This document shows, in pieces, positions 49,466-63,824 of a DNA stretch of 64,000 nucleotides. Source of the stretch: Armatimonadota bacterium (lineage in GTDB: Bacteria; Armatimonadota; SYMT01); contig JAWLHY010000005.1 of NCBI GenBank assembly GCA_041690135.1, forward strand, positions 307,261 through 371,260, in the 5' to 3' direction. Every line of letters starts with the position of its first letter. The stretch's first letter is position 1. The translations under genes and the position numbers were made by a program. Under the pieces are notes generated by a model, which had not been told where the DNA came from, made no database searches, and saw only the letters and a list, made by a program, of their open reading frames with translations.

Positions 49466-49906
49466 TCAGTCCTGGACCTCGACGATCATCTCGATCTCGA
49501 CCGCCGCATTCCCGGGCAGTTGGTACACACCGATCGCGCTGCGTGCGTGCCAGCCGATCTCCATCCCAAACGCTTCATGCAGGAAGAGCGTCGCCCCGTT
49601 GATGACGGGCGGGGTATTGGAGAAGCCTTCGGCGCAGTTCACCATACCCAGAAGCTTCACCACGCGCGTCACCTTATTCAAGTCGCCGATGAGCCACTGC
49701 ACGGAAGCCAGGCACTTGATGATGGCGTCACGCGCGCCCTCGGCTGCCTGCTCGACGGTGACATCGTCCCCCACTTTGCCCTCGACCGCCGAGGTTGCGC
49801 CGCTGGTGTACACCAGGTTGCCCGTGCGGACTGCCGGCGCGAGGATTCCCGGCTTCACCTCCGGGATCTCGACGCCCATCTCCTTCAACTTCTCAACAAC
49901 TGCCAT
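49466..49906 (-). CDS. RidA/YjgF family protein
   Basis: GNLVYTSG; HARSAIGV..LP..VEIE. Confidence 0.9.
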   Translation of the reverse strand: MAVVEKLKEMGVEIPEVKPGILAPAVRTGNLVYTSGATSAVEGKVGDDVTVEQAAEGARDAIIKCLASVQWLIGDLNKVTRVVKLLGMVNCAEGFSNTPPVINGATLFLHEAFGMEIGWHARSAIGVYQLPGNAAVEIEMIVEVQD

Positions 49907-50093
49907 CCGTTACTCCTCTCAAAACGATTGCGAAGGATCCCCGGCGGCGCGTTCGGAATGAGGCCGACCGGCCACCCGGGTGACCCGCCTCTCATATTAC
50001 GCGCGGGGCGCTCCGGCTTCCTACGCAATCTGGGCCAAAAGTCCCGAACCCGGCTCCTACCGCCATTCGTCTCTCCAGATCGGGGTTGTGTAG

Positions 50094-51056
50094 ATGCACG
50101 ATTTGAACCAACCGGAAATCACGAGTGGACGCGCCAACGCCTCTTTGCTTGCGCAGGCATGGGTTTATTGGGGCGGACGCCGCCTCTGGCTGTGGCTGCT
50201 TCTGGCCACGGGATGCGAGGCCTGGCTGGTGTTTGCTCCGGAAGTTGGGCTCTCCAGTCCGGCATTTCAGACGGCTTGCGCGGTTTCATGCTGGATTCCG
50301 GCCTGGGTGTGCGCGGATCTGCTATCGGTGCGGAAACCGGATAATCCGGCCCCGCACCGGGAGTGGCGGCCCCGAGCATTTCTCCTGATCGCGGTCGGAC
50401 GGCTTGTTCCACTGCTGGCAGTTCTCACCGTTTGGTGCGGAACATACGTGGCCCGCTCGCTGCTGGACGAGTTGCACTCCTCTCCCGCCCCCTTCTTCCA
50501 GGCGATTCAGGAATGGAGAGACTTTCCCGCAGTGTGGCTGGCGTGGACCCTTGTGTTTGTTGTGAGCGCACTGACCTATGCGGCCGCTTCGGCTCTGTGC
50601 AGTTCCCTCTTCCGCCGGCCACGGAGGTGGCTGGTCACCTCGGCCATCGTGGTGCCGGCGAGCGTGATCGTTGCGGGTGTCGCGGAACTGATGTTCCTGC
50701 CCTATTTGGATCGGGGCGGCTGGGCTGGGTCCAGCCTGGCGAATCCTCCCTTTGCCGCTACCCTGGCCCTGCTGACGCCCAACTACCTGGTGGGTTCCAC
50801 CCTGGCGGCCGGCACTCTCGGTTGGCTGGAGAAACACGGAGTGGAGTTGGACTGGTTCGCGCGTATCGTCCCGCCAGGAATTGCGATCTTTTGCTGGATC
50901 GCCACGCTGTTCTTCCTCTGTGGCACGCTGGCGCTGGTGTTGGCGACCGGCTGGGTGGCACGCCAACGTTACCTGCGCCACCCCTACACGGCGACGACAC
51001 CGGCGGACTCCGACGAACCGGTGCCGGATACCGCTCCAAGACCTGTTGAGGGGTAG
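50094..51056 (+). CDS. Hypothetical multi-pass membrane protein
   Basis: About 7 hydrophobic segments. Confidence 0.6.
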   Translation: MHDLNQPEITSGRANASLLAQAWVYWGGRRLWLWLLLATGCEAWLVFAPEVGLSSPAFQTACAVSCWIPAWVCADLLSVRKPDNPAPHREWRPRAFLLIAVGRLVPLLAVLTVWCGTYVARSLLDELHSSPAPFFQAIQEWRDFPAVWLAWTLVFVVSALTYAAASALCSSLFRRPRRWLVTSAIVVPASVIVAGVAELMFLPYLDRGGWAGSSLANPPFAATLALLTPNYLVGSTLAAGTLGWLEKHGVELDWFARIVPPGIAIFCWIATLFFLCGTLALVLATGWVARQRYLRHPYTATTPADSDEPVPDTAPRPVEG

Positions 51057-51339
51057 TGTCCGAAGTGCGGAATACGCTCGCTGTTCGTTTGCGAGCACGC
51101 CGCTATTTAGGGACGGCCACTAACGACCGTAAAGGATGGCGCCTTTGGCCGGGTGCTTGTCGACGACGGCTTTGCTCGCCGCATTCTCGAAGAAGTAGTG
51201 GGCCATTCAGGCCTATCCCGGGTGGGCAGCATGGAGCTCATGGCCAATCTCATATAATGGTGCCTTACTGCTTGCCTGCTTGTAAAACCAATGAAATCAA
51301 CAAATCGGGGCGCCGCCCACGATCCACACAGGAGTACCT

Positions 51340-52083
51340 ATGCGCCAGCCGACTCGCGGCTTTACGCTGATCGAACTACTCGTCGTCATTGCCATTATCG
51401 CTATCCTCGCCGCCCTCCTCTTTCCGGTGTTCGCCCGCGCCCGCGAAGCCGCGCGTGCTACCGCCTGCCGCTCCAACCTGAAGCAAATCGGAGCTGCCAT
51501 CCAGATGTACACGCAGGACTACGACGAAAACTGGTTCGCCGCGGGCGGCTGCGGTACCACCGGCGTCAATGCTATCCAGGGGCAGTCCTTCGGTGCCTGG
51601 CCCGATAGTTCACCCATGTGGGGTTATTGGAATGCCTCTGTCCAACCGTACGTCAAGAATGCCCAGGTATTCCGTTGCCCGAGCGAGACGGCCCCTCACA
51701 AGTGGACGGCATGTGATGGCCGTTCGCAGGCGTACTGGGGGGACTACGCAATGAACGCCTTCGCATTTGGGCAGAGCCTCGCGGGATTCGAATCGCCGGC
51801 GAGTACCGCGGCGGTCGTCGAGGCGCGGAATAACTTCTACCGGGTCTGTTGCAACACCGACCTGTACCAGTGCTGTGGTGGCTCGCCGAGTGGCAACCCG
51901 AATGGCCAGCACCCCCTCCCGCGTCACAGCGAAGGGTCGAATGTGCTGTTCGCGGACGGGCACGTCAAGTTCTTCCAACGGATGAAGAGTTCCATGGGCA
52001 CCGCCGACTACCACTTCCATCTCCAGTACCACCAGCCGGGTCTCAATCAGCCGTGTCGCAGTGCGACGCAGACGGACGCTTGA
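51340..52083 (+). CDS. DUF1559 prepilin-type protein with H-X9-DG motif
   Basis: [30 protein letters not shown]; CRSNLKQ; FRCPS; [15 protein letters not shown]. Confidence 0.93.
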   Translation: MRQPTRGFTLIELLVVIAIIAILAALLFPVFARAREAARATACRSNLKQIGAAIQMYTQDYDENWFAAGGCGTTGVNAIQGQSFGAWPDSSPMWGYWNASVQPYVKNAQVFRCPSETAPHKWTACDGRSQAYWGDYAMNAFAFGQSLAGFESPASTAAVVEARNNFYRVCCNTDLYQCCGGSPSGNPNGQHPLPRHSEGSNVLFADGHVKFFQRMKSSMGTADYHFHLQYHQPGLNQPCRSATQTDA

Positions 52084-52216
52084 GCTTTCAGGCTCACCAG
52101 CATCGCCAACCGGACGCTCCACAATCGTGAGATCTTCGCTTCGCGGGGGCCGCGATTGTGGTTGCGTTGTCCTCCCGTATGAATTCTTCAGCTCATCGCC
52201 ATCCTGTGAGGCGGCT

Positions 52217-52241
52217 GTTTAACCCGGCCCTCGCCGGGTAA
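52217..52241 (+). promoter_or_regulatory. SigB/SigF-like promoter for GH1
   Basis: GTTT-N15-GGGTAA. Confidence 0.65.
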
Positions 52242-52313
52242 ACAGGGCGCGGTGGTTCCCTTTGGTATCAAGGATGGGCCACCCAGCGTTTCGAGAGCAG
52301 CGAAGGAACACGG

Positions 52314-53645
52314 ATGGCGACGACACAGGAATCCCAGCCCCACAGGGGTAAGGACGGCAGGCGCCGGTCCTACGGCCGGTTCTATCCGCAGGTTTGTCCG
52401 CACAACCCTACAACCCAGCGGTTCATGTTCGCCACGGGCATCGAATGCAGCTATCCCACCATCGAGACGAAGGAGGGGCGACGCAAGCGCATCGATGAGT
52501 TGGAGAAGACGCGGCACTACGACTACTGGAAAGAGGACCTACAACTTACCCGCGAACTCGGGATCCGTTACTTGCGTTACGGGCCCCCTTACTACCGCAT
52601 GCACGTGGGGCCGGACCGCTATGACTGGTTCTGGACCGACATGGTTTTTCCGGAGATGCGCCGATTGGGGATCGTGCCCATCATCGATCTCTGTCACTTC
52701 GGCGTGCCGGACTGGCTTGGAGATTTCCAGAACCCGGATTTCCCCGGACATTTCGCGCAGTTTGCCCGCGCATTTGCCGAGCGCTACCCGTGGGTCCGCT
52801 TTTACACCCCGGTGAACGAGATGTACGTGGCGGCCGAGCACAGCGCTCTGCTTGGCTGGTGGAACGAGCGTATGACCTCGGACCGGGGCTTTGTGACGGC
52901 CCTCAAACACCTCGCGCGGGCCAATGTCGAGGCAATGCTCGCGATTGTGGAAGTTAGGGATGACGCGCTATTTATCCAGAGCGAGTCCTCGGAGTACACG
53001 CATGCGCGCCACCCGGACCTCCTGGATGAGGCGGAGATGCACAATGAGCGGCGCTTTCTGTCCCTCGACCTTAACTACGGACGACGGGTGAGTTCCGGAA
53101 TGTACGAGTACTTGCTCGACAACGGCATGTCGGCCGAGGAGTATGATTTCTTTTTGCAGCATAACCTCCGCGAGCACTGCCTGATGGGCAACGACTACTA
53201 CGTAACCAATGAGCACTTGCTGGTGGAAGAGGACCGCTACGTCTGCGCCGGTGAGATCTTTGGCTACTATGTGGTGACCAAGGATTACTACGACCGTTAC
53301 AACCTGCCGGTGATGCACACCGAAACCAACCAGGACGAGCCGGACGCCGAACGGTGGCTTTGGAAGACCTGGACCAACATTCAGCGCCTGCGCCACGACG
53401 GGGTCCCGGTGGTCGGCATGACCTGGTACAGCTTGCAGGACCAGGTGGACTGGGATACGGCGCTGCGGGAAGACAACGGCACGGTGAACCCGCGCGGTCT
53501 TTGCGATCTGGATCGCAACCTTCGCGCGGTGGGAAGGGCCTACCAGGAATTGATCGAGGCCTGGGACTTCATTCCGCTGCTGCCGAATGGTCCGCTCACC
53601 CTCGTCGGCAACTGGAGCGAGTCTGGGCACCTTGCGCAAGAGTAG
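52314..53645 (+). CDS. Glycoside hydrolase family 1-like protein
   Basis: FATGIECS; HFGVPDW; TPVNEM acid/base; NDYY; HTETN nucleophile. Confidence 0.88.
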   Translation: MATTQESQPHRGKDGRRRSYGRFYPQVCPHNPTTQRFMFATGIECSYPTIETKEGRRKRIDELEKTRHYDYWKEDLQLTRELGIRYLRYGPPYYRMHVGPDRYDWFWTDMVFPEMRRLGIVPIIDLCHFGVPDWLGDFQNPDFPGHFAQFARAFAERYPWVRFYTPVNEMYVAAEHSALLGWWNERMTSDRGFVTALKHLARANVEAMLAIVEVRDDALFIQSESSEYTHARHPDLLDEAEMHNERRFLSLDLNYGRRVSSGMYEYLLDNGMSAEEYDFFLQHNLREHCLMGNDYYVTNEHLLVEEDRYVCAGEIFGYYVVTKDYYDRYNLPVMHTETNQDEPDAERWLWKTWTNIQRLRHDGVPVVGMTWYSLQDQVDWDTALREDNGTVNPRGLCDLDRNLRAVGRAYQELIEAWDFIPLLPNGPLTLVGNWSESGHLAQE

Positions 53646-53660
53646 GAGTTTCCTCGTTCC

Positions 53661-53686
53661 GTTTCTTTCCGGGCGCATCTGGCTAT
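53661..53686 (+). promoter_or_regulatory. Possible SigB/SigF-like promoter (1 mismatch)
   Basis: GTTT-N16-GGCTAT. Confidence 0.35.
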
Positions 53687-53803
53687 GTCCTGAGAAATAG
53701 CCGGACGAATCTTTCCGAACACCGGACCACGGATCCCGCTGGAAAGGCCACCTGCGCGGAGCCTGCGGTGAGCTGGGTGCGGTACAGATAAAGGAGGCCA
53801 GGA

Positions 53804-54493
53804 ATGGCGAGAAGACGCCGAAATCGCAGTGAGAACCCGCCACCGGTGGAACTCTCCGAGAGCAGGGACAGGGTGGTGATCGAACCCGCGGAAGCCGGTG
53901 AGCCCACCGAGGCCGGTCGGAAAGGCGGCGCAGTGATTGCGACCCATCCAGCGGCCGGCATCCACATCGCTCGCGCCGAGAGAGAACGCGTGGGCGAGCG
54001 TACGGGTCTGGTCAACTGGGGCGCCGCGCTGCTGGCGGGGCTGGCGGCTGGGATCCTGCTGTTGCTTCTGGAAGTGCTCCTCGTTCCGATTGCGTTCCGG
54101 GAGAGCCCCTGGGCGCCGATCCGGATGATGGCGTCCGTGATCTTTGGAGAGTCGCTGATCACCTCCGCAGCGCCGCTCGGCCTGGGAGCCATTGTGGTGG
54201 GCCTGCTGGTCCACTTCGCGGTCTCCCTCTTGTTTGCGGTGGTGCTGGGCATGCTGGTTCGCTGGTTCGACTGGGGCCCCGCGGCGCTCTTCGGCGCGGG
54301 CTTCGGACTGGTGATGTACATGATCCTGTTCCACGCGACCTGGACCTGGCTCGGCTGGTTCGCGGCGGGGAGAACAGCGGTTAACATCCTGCTCCATGTG
54401 CTCTTCGGCATCACCGCGGCCCTGGTCTACCGCGCCGTGGCGGGCCCTCCGGAACCCGTGGCGGACTACGCCCAGCCGGATCTGGGTAACTAA
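53804..54493 (+). CDS. 4-TM membrane protein with His in two helices
   Basis: RBS AAGGAGG; SPWAPIRMMAS; GLLVHF; LLHVLFG. Confidence 0.8.
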   Translation: MARRRRNRSENPPPVELSESRDRVVIEPAEAGEPTEAGRKGGAVIATHPAAGIHIARAERERVGERTGLVNWGAALLAGLAAGILLLLLEVLLVPIAFRESPWAPIRMMASVIFGESLITSAAPLGLGAIVVGLLVHFAVSLLFAVVLGMLVRWFDWGPAALFGAGFGLVMYMILFHATWTWLGWFAAGRTAVNILLHVLFGITAALVYRAVAGPPEPVADYAQPDLGN

Positions 54494-54538
54494 GGCCTGC
54501 CGGGGCGCCGGAGACTCGCGCCCGGCAGGAGGTAAGAA

Positions 54539-54790
54539 ATGCCGAGACAGGTGAGCGTCTTTACGCAGCCCGGGTGACCCCCGTGCAGCCAGGTGAAGGA
54601 GTTTCTTTCACGCAATAACGTACCGTTCGCGGAACGGGACGTCCGCACGGATCCACAAGCCATCGACGAACTGCGCCGGTTGGGCGCCATGATGACGCCG
54701 GTCACCGTGATCGACGGTCAGCAGGTGCTCGGTTTCGATGAGCCGCAGTTGCGCAATCTGCTGGGGCTGAACCAGCAAAAAGCCGCCTGA
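54539..54790 (+). CDS. Glutaredoxin/NrdH-like selenoprotein (UPPC; TGA at 54575-54577 read as Sec)
   Basis: AGGAGG at 54527-54532; ATG 54539; MPRQVSVFTQPG-TGA-PPCSQVKEFLSRNNVPF..TPVTVIDGQQVLGFD; 83 aa. Confidence 0.85.
54593..54611 (+). promoter_or_regulatory. Putative bacterial SECIS hairpin
   Basis: gtgaagga-gtt-tctttcac; 8 bp with one G-U; loop G about 24 nt after the UGA. Confidence 0.6.
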
Positions 54791-54816
54791 GAAGCCAGAT
54801 CCGCTGGAGCTTGGAG

Positions 54817-54851
54817 GGAGAGGTGTGGGAGCGAGCCTCGCACACCTCTCC
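54817..54851 (+). terminator. Hairpin after the glutaredoxin gene
   Basis: ggagaggtgtg / cacacctctcc; no clear U-tract. Confidence 0.45.
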
Positions 54852-54867
54852 TACTCGTTCCGGGTAA

Positions 54868-57876
<3,009 letters not shown>

Positions 57877-57910
57877 TGCCGGCATTACGGCAGCGGGCGA
57901 ACAAAGTCCA

Positions 57911-57936
57911 GTTTGCTTGCTACGTTCCGCGGGTAA
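57911..57936 (+). promoter_or_regulatory. SigB/SigF-like promoter for the DUF892 gene
   Basis: GTTT-N16-GGGTAA. Confidence 0.65.
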
Positions 57937-57978
57937 GGGGGACGTGTCGTCTCACCGATGAGATTGGAGACCGCAACC

Positions 57979-58485
57979 ATGAACTCACTCACCGATGCCT
58001 ATGTGGAAACACTGCAGGACCTGTATGACGCGGAACGCCAGATCACCCAGGCGCTTCCGCAGTTGGCCCAGGCGGCGGCCCACTCCGATTTGAAGCAGGC
58101 GCTGCAGGAGCACCTCCAGCAGACGCAGGGCCAGATCGCGCGACTGGACCAGATCTTCCAGCGTCTGGGCCGGCAGCCGGGCGGGAAGACCTGTCGCGGC
58201 GTGCAGGCACTGATTCAGGAGACCCAGGAGAAAATCCAGGGCGGCGGCGACCCTGATACCCTGGATGCCGTGCTGATCGCCGCGCAGCAAAAGATCGAAC
58301 ACTATGAGCTGGCGGGTTACGGGACCGCCCGCACCTGGGCGGTCCATCTCAACCAGATGGATGCCGCCGAACTGCTGCAGCAGACGGCGGACGAGGAGGG
58401 TGAGACCGACAAACGGCTGACGCGGCTGGCCGAGGCGCACATCAACCGCGAAGCCATGCAGAACCCGCAGGCCGCCGCAGCCTGA
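57979..58485 (+). CDS. Ferritin-like DUF892 (YciE/YciF) stress protein
   Basis: LQDLYDAERQ; HLQQT..QIARL; AQQKIEHYELAGYGT; EEGETDKRL. Confidence 0.92.
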   Translation: MNSLTDAYVETLQDLYDAERQITQALPQLAQAAAHSDLKQALQEHLQQTQGQIARLDQIFQRLGRQPGGKTCRGVQALIQETQEKIQGGGDPDTLDAVLIAAQQKIEHYELAGYGTARTWAVHLNQMDAAELLQQTADEEGETDKRLTRLAEAHINREAMQNPQAAAA

Positions 58486-58572
58486 TCGGGACAGATGCCG
58501 TGGGAGGGCGGGTCATATACATGGAGGCCACCCGCCCTCCCACGGCGCCAAACCCAGAGGGCACGGAGGGCG

Positions 58573-60060
58573 TCAGGCGAGCAGGTCCCGAACGATGTGC
58601 CCGTGCACGTCCGTCAGACGGAAATCGCGGCCGGCGTACCGGTAAGTCAGCCGCTCGTGATCCAGCCCCAGCAGGTGCAGAATCGTCGCCTGCAGGTCGT
58701 GCACGTGGACCGGCTTTTCGACCACGTTAAAGCCGAGCTCGTCCGTGGCGCCGTAGGTGATGCCGGGCTTGATCCCCCCGCCCGCCAGCCACATGGTGTA
58801 GGCCTGGGGATGATGGTCTCGACCGAGGCTGCGGCCCAGGGCGGCATTCGTTTCCACCATGGGGGTGCGTCCGAACTCCCCACCCCAGATCACCAGCGTA
58901 GAATCGAGGAGACCGCGCTGCTTCAGGTCCTGGATCAGCGCCGCGGAGGCCTGGTCGGTGGCGCCGCAGTTCCGCTTCAGATTGCCCGCCACATCGGAGT
59001 GCGCGTCCCATCCTTCGTGGTAGATGTTGATGAAGCGCACCCCGCGCTCCACCATCCGGCGGGCCAGCAGGCAGGCGCGGGCGAAACTAGGTTTGGCGGG
59101 GTCGACGCCGTACAGGTCCAGCGTCTCCTTGGACTCGCCCTTCAGATCCATCAGGTCGGGAGCGGAGGACTGCAGGCGATAGGCCAACTCGTAGCTGGCG
59201 ATGCGGGTGGCGATCTCCGGGTCCCCCTCCCGCTCCAGGCGTCTCCGGTTCAGGGACCCGATGAGGTCGAGTGAGTCCCGTTGGAGCTGAGAGTCGATGC
59301 CGTCCGGGCTCGTGACGTTGAGGATGGGATCCCCCTGGTTGCGGAACCGCACGCCGGAGTAGACCGTGGGGAGGAAGCCGCTCGACCAATTGGCGGCACC
59401 ACCGCTGATCCCGGCCCCCGTGGACATGACGATAAAGGCCGGCAGGTCCCGTGTTACCGCACCCAGACCATAGGTGACCCACGATCCCATGCTGGGGCGG
59501 CCCGGCTGTGAGAAGCCGGTGTTGAAGAAAATCTGCGCCGGCGCGTGGTTGAACTGGTCCGTCTTGACGGACTTGATGAGGCAGATGTCATCCACCACTT
59601 TCGCGAGATGGGGCAGCATCTCCGAGAGCTCGGCGCCGGACTGGCCGTGTTTGGCGAATTTGAAGCGGGGTCCCAGCGCCGCCGCATCCGAACGGATGAA
59701 GGCGTAGCGCTGCCCGCCGATCACTTCCGGAGGGATCGGCTTACCCTCGTATTTGGTCAGCACCGGCTTGTAGTCGAAGAGGTCGAGCTGGCTCGGCGCT
59801 CCGGACATGAAGAGATGGATGACCGCCTTCGCCTTGGGGGTGAAGTGGGGCTCGCGCGGCGCCAGGGTGTTGAGGGTTGGCGCCGGCGCTCCGGCCGGGG
59901 GCGCGGCGGAGGCACCTCGTGGGGCGAAAGCATCCGCGACGAGCGAGGCCAGCGCGATCTTGCCGACCCCCACCCCACACTCCTGGAAGAAATGCCGGCG
60001 CGTCAACGCCAGGGCTTCTTCCGGTGAGCCGGGTTTGCGTCTGTTACAGGAATGAGCCAT
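58573..60060 (-). CDS. DUF1501 protein (Tat-like leader)
   Basis: TRRHFF; [13 protein letters not shown]; [11 protein letters not shown]; GEFGRTP; GRDHHP. Confidence 0.93.
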   Translation of the reverse strand: MAHSCNRRKPGSPEEALALTRRHFFQECGVGVGKIALASLVADAFAPRGASAAPPAGAPAPTLNTLAPREPHFTPKAKAVIHLFMSGAPSQLDLFDYKPVLTKYEGKPIPPEVIGGQRYAFIRSDAAALGPRFKFAKHGQSGAELSEMLPHLAKVVDDICLIKSVKTDQFNHAPAQIFFNTGFSQPGRPSMGSWVTYGLGAVTRDLPAFIVMSTGAGISGGAANWSSGFLPTVYSGVRFRNQGDPILNVTSPDGIDSQLQRDSLDLIGSLNRRRLEREGDPEIATRIASYELAYRLQSSAPDLMDLKGESKETLDLYGVDPAKPSFARACLLARRMVERGVRFINIYHEGWDAHSDVAGNLKRNCGATDQASAALIQDLKQRGLLDSTLVIWGGEFGRTPMVETNAALGRSLGRDHHPQAYTMWLAGGGIKPGITYGATDELGFNVVEKPVHVHDLQATILHLLGLDHERLTYRYAGRDFRLTDVHGHIVRDLLA

Positions 60061-60083
60061 GGGTCGTTTCCTCTTTTCCCACA

Positions 60084-63000
60084 CTACTGCTTGACGATCG
60101 CCTCGTCCAGATTCAACAGGCTCCGCGCTACCAGAGTCCAGGCGGCCCGTTCCGCCACATCGCCCTCTCCCGAACCGGCGATCTTCGCCCCGTCCAGCTC
60201 TTTCTTGCGCAGGCGCGCCAACTGCGCCTGGTAGTAACGGAGGATGGCAACCTGCTCCTGGGCGTCCGGCGGACGGGTCAGGCAGCGCTGGAAGAGATAG
60301 GTGAGCCGCTCTTCCGGCGTTCCGGCCTTGGCCGCCAGCATCCGGCCGAGCGCCTGTGCCGCCTCCAGGAAGACCGTGTCATTGAGCAATGTCAGCGCCT
60401 GGAGTGGTGTGTTGGAGACCTCCCGGCGGGCTACGCAGGCCTCCCCACTGGGGCCATCGAAGGTGGTGAACATCGCATAGGGCGCGGTCCGCTTGGCGAA
60501 GGTGTACATCCCGCGGCGATAGCGGTCTTCACCGGTGCTGACGTTCCACGCCAGCGGGCCGTACGTGCCCTCCGAGGTCACCCCCGGCGGCTGCGGCGGG
60601 AAGACGCTGGGCCCACCGATCTTCGTCGACAGGAGCTCGCTCGCCTTCAGTGCATAATCGCGGATCAGCTCCGCCTCCAGTCGCACCCGGGGAGCCCGCG
60701 CCAGCCACCGGTTCTGCGGGTCCTTCGCCAGCAGTTCCGGGGTCACCCGCGAGGACTGCTGGTACGTGGCGCTGGTAACGATGAGCTTATGCAGGCGCTT
60801 TAAACTCCAGCCTAGACCTTGCTCGTGAGTGCGCGGTTTTGGGGAATTGACAATTGGCAATTGTCCCTGGCTCCCCTGCTGCCCACTGCCTGCTGCCTGC
60901 TGCCTACTCTCCCGGCCCCTGACCCCTGGCCCCTGACCCCTGGCATCGGTCGTGAACAGGACGGCGAGGTAGTCGAGCAACTCGGGGTGGCTGGGCGGTT
61001 CGCCCTGGAAGCCGAAGTCTTCCGTGGTGCGGACGATCCCCTGGCCGAATAGCGCAGCCCAATGGCGGTTGACGACCACGCGGCCGACGAGGGGGTTTTG
61101 GGGATCGACCAGCCAGCGCGCGAAGGTGAGACGGTTGCGGGGTGCTTCCCTGGGGAGTGGCGGCAAGAAAGAAAGGACGCCGGGCTCCACGCGCTCGCGC
61201 GGTTGCAGGAACTCACCCCGGTTGTGGATGAAGGTCGGGCGCGGGTTGTTATCCGGCTGCTCCGTGAACACCAGCGTGGTGGGGAAGGACGGCAACTGCG
61301 CCCGCAGCTTGCGGATCTCCTCCCGCTCGCCCGCCAACTCCAGGGCCACGGAAAGGAAATGCCGGAGGAGTTGCTCCCGCTGGGCCGCAGTCCGCTTCCC
61401 TCCGGGCACGAGCAGCAGTTCCTCGATCTCGACCGGGAGACCCGCGCGGGCGGGACGCGGGTCTGTGGTAACCGAGACCCGGAAGCGCCCCATCCCGCAG
61501 GCGTAGTACCGCTCAAACAGCAGGCCCAGGTCTAGCTTTCCGGCGGGGTCGAGTGGTTGTTTCAGGTTGAAGACGGCAGTGTGGGGCCTCCCCTGCCCGC
61601 CGTTGATCGACCACCCCGTCTGTGGGTCGCCGTCGATCGCTGCTTGCGCCGTGCTGCCGCCGTTGGCGAAGCTGTGGCTTGCAGAAGCGATCGGGACTTT
61701 GGTGCCGCCGGCGGCAACCGTCACCTCGCTGAGGAAGAAGTCCCCAATCGGCCCCTCGTAGTAGACCCGCCCCGGACCGAACCGCGGCAGGCGCTCGTCC
61801 GGCACGGTCTCGATGCGGACCGCGGTGATGCCGCGCAGGTCCGTAGGGAACGAAAGATCGTAGACGTCCCGCTTGCTCTGGTCGCCGCTCGAGAGAACGG
61901 AGCCGTCCTCCAGGATCGTCAGCAGCGGCAGGTTGCTCTTCGCGCTGGCCGGGCGGAGGCGCGTCCACCTCACGGCCCGAGCGCTCTCGGCAGAGAGCCA
62001 GGCCTGGAACTTCCTGTCCCGGTGCTCCCGGCGGCGCACCTCCAGGGGACGGCCGTCACTCGCGCGCTGCCCCAGGCTGATCCGGAACCGTCCCAGGGTG
62101 TGCTGGGACCCGTGCTGCTGCTCCAGCTTGATCGTCCAGCGTGTCCCTCCGGCGATGCTCACCGGCTTCGGGAGGGCCAGGGTGAGGGACCGGTTGACGT
62201 TCCAGGGCTCCTTGCCGTGGATCGCCCAACCGGTTTTCGGATTGCCGTCAATCACCCCACCGGCCGCGAACCCGTCCTGCGAGAAGTCGGCCGTAGCCGA
62301 GGTGAACTTGACGGCCTGTGCCTCTCCAGGTGCGTTGCGAGGGGTAACGGTGGCGGTGAGCTCACTCAGGACGAAGTTGCCGTGCGGCGTGCGGCCCGGC
62401 CCGTTTCCGCCGAGCGAGGAGTCCGTCAGGGCCTCCAGGCGGAGGGCTTCCACATCGGGATGCTCCGTCTCCAGGATCAGGGTGTAGGTGTTCCGTTCCG
62501 GGTTCGGCCCGGAGATGCGGACGGAAGCGTCGGGAAGCGTATGGGGCTGGGCGCCTCCCTCCGCCGTCACCTTTACAGGAGCGACCGAATGCCAGCGGAT
62601 CTCGCCTTCCGGCGGGAAACGTTCGGCCAGGTCGGCTTCCCGGGCCGCGATCTGTTTCTCCAGTTCAGCGCGTCGGGCCTGGATGTCGGGGAGCGGAACT
62701 TCGATCTCCGGCTCATCGGCGTTGTTCAGGAACGCCATGAACTGATAGTACTCGCGATGCGGGATCGGGTCGTACTTGTGGGTGTGGCACTGCGCGCAGC
62801 CGATGGTCAGGCCGAGCCAGGTGGTCCCAGTGGTGCTGACACGATCGGTCATCGCGTGGAAGCGGAACTCGAGGGGGTCGATGCCGCCCTCTTCGTTCAG
62901 CATCGTGTTGCGGTGGAAGCCGGTGGCGATCCGCTGCTGGAGCGTGGGGCCTCCTCCGGGACCTCCCAGCATGTCGCCCGCGAGTTGCTCCACCGTGAAC

Positions 63001-63824
63001 TGGTTGAACGGCATGTCCGCGTTGAGGGCGTTGATGACCCAGTCGCGGTAAGGCCAGACGGAGCGGGGCCGGTCCTTTTCGTAGCCGTTGGTGTCCGCGT
63101 AGCGGGCCAGGTCCAGCCATTTGCGCGCCCACCGCTCGCCGTAGTGGGGAGAGGCGAGGAGGCGGTCTACCACCTTCTCATAGGCGTTCGGGCTCGGGTC
63201 CTTGATGAAAGCGACGGTTTCTTCCGGCGTGGGCGGGATGCCGATCAGGTCGAGGTAGACACGGCGGATCAGCGTGTATCGATCCGCGGGCGGCGATGGC
63301 TGGAGACCCTGCTTTTCCATCCGCGCCAGCACGAAGTGGTCGATGCCGCTGCGCGGCCAGTCTTTCCGCTTCACCGGAGGCAGCGCGGGAAGTTTTGGCG
63401 CCACGAACGCCCAGTGGGGCCGGTACTCCGCGCCTTCCGCTATCCATCGGCGTAGAACCTCCTTGTCTCGCTCCGAGAGGGGGTTCTTGGTGGCCGGCGG
63501 AGGCATAACAAGGGCCTCGTCCTTCGACAGGATCCGCTCTACCAGGCTGCTCTGGTGCGGCTTTCCCGGGACGATGGCCTTGAGCGCGAGGGCGGAGGTG
63601 CGGTCATCCAGCCGAAGGCCGGCCTCGCGGGTCTTGTCGTCGGGGCCATGGCATTTGAAGCAGTGGCGGGAGAGGACGGGCCGCACGTCCCGGTTGAAGT
63701 CGACGCCGGGTGTGGCCGGCTTCTTGGGCGCCCCCTGCGGCACTCCTTTCGGCGCCCCCAGGGTCGGAACCGTTGCCACTGCCGCCAAACCGACCAACGC
63801 ACCGGCAATCCACGCTCGCATCAT
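60084..63824 (-). CDS. Planctomycete cytochrome c / DUF1549 / DUF1553 protein
   Basis: CFKCHG; [17 protein letters not shown]; CAQCHTHK; two F5/8-like inserts; SHPELLD; NTPLQAL. Confidence 0.93.
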   Translation of the reverse strand: MMRAWIAGALVGLAAVATVPTLGAPKGVPQGAPKKPATPGVDFNRDVRPVLSRHCFKCHGPDDKTREAGLRLDDRTSALALKAIVPGKPHQSSLVERILSKDEALVMPPPATKNPLSERDKEVLRRWIAEGAEYRPHWAFVAPKLPALPPVKRKDWPRSGIDHFVLARMEKQGLQPSPPADRYTLIRRVYLDLIGIPPTPEETVAFIKDPSPNAYEKVVDRLLASPHYGERWARKWLDLARYADTNGYEKDRPRSVWPYRDWVINALNADMPFNQFTVEQLAGDMLGGPGGGPTLQQRIATGFHRNTMLNEEGGIDPLEFRFHAMTDRVSTTGTTWLGLTIGCAQCHTHKYDPIPHREYYQFMAFLNNADEPEIEVPLPDIQARRAELEKQIAAREADLAERFPPEGEIRWHSVAPVKVTAEGGAQPHTLPDASVRISGPNPERNTYTLILETEHPDVEALRLEALTDSSLGGNGPGRTPHGNFVLSELTATVTPRNAPGEAQAVKFTSATADFSQDGFAAGGVIDGNPKTGWAIHGKEPWNVNRSLTLALPKPVSIAGGTRWTIKLEQQHGSQHTLGRFRISLGQRASDGRPLEVRRREHRDRKFQAWLSAESARAVRWTRLRPASAKSNLPLLTILEDGSVLSSGDQSKRDVYDLSFPTDLRGITAVRIETVPDERLPRFGPGRVYYEGPIGDFFLSEVTVAAGGTKVPIASASHSFANGGSTAQAAIDGDPQTGWSINGGQGRPHTAVFNLKQPLDPAGKLDLGLLFERYYACGMGRFRVSVTTDPRPARAGLPVEIEELLLVPGGKRTAAQREQLLRHFLSVALELAGEREEIRKLRAQLPSFPTTLVFTEQPDNNPRPTFIHNRGEFLQPRERVEPGVLSFLPPLPREAPRNRLTFARWLVDPQNPLVGRVVVNRHWAALFGQGIVRTTEDFGFQGEPPSHPELLDYLAVLFTTDARGQGPGVRGRESRQQAAGSGQQGSQGQLPIVNSPKPRTHEQGLGWSLKRLHKLIVTSATYQQSSRVTPELLAKDPQNRWLARAPRVRLEAELIRDYALKASELLSTKIGGPSVFPPQPPGVTSEGTYGPLAWNVSTGEDRYRRGMYTFAKRTAPYAMFTTFDGPSGEACVARREVSNTPLQALTLLNDTVFLEAAQALGRMLAAKAGTPEERLTYLFQRCLTRPPDAQEQVAILRYYQAQLARLRKKELDGAKIAGSGEGDVAERAAWTLVARSLLNLDEAIVKQ
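60845..60944 (-). repeat. Mosaic heptamer repeats in frame inside the DUF1553 domain
   Basis: aattgac/aattggc/aattgtc; cctgctg-type units; cctgacc/cctggcc units. Confidence 0.85.
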
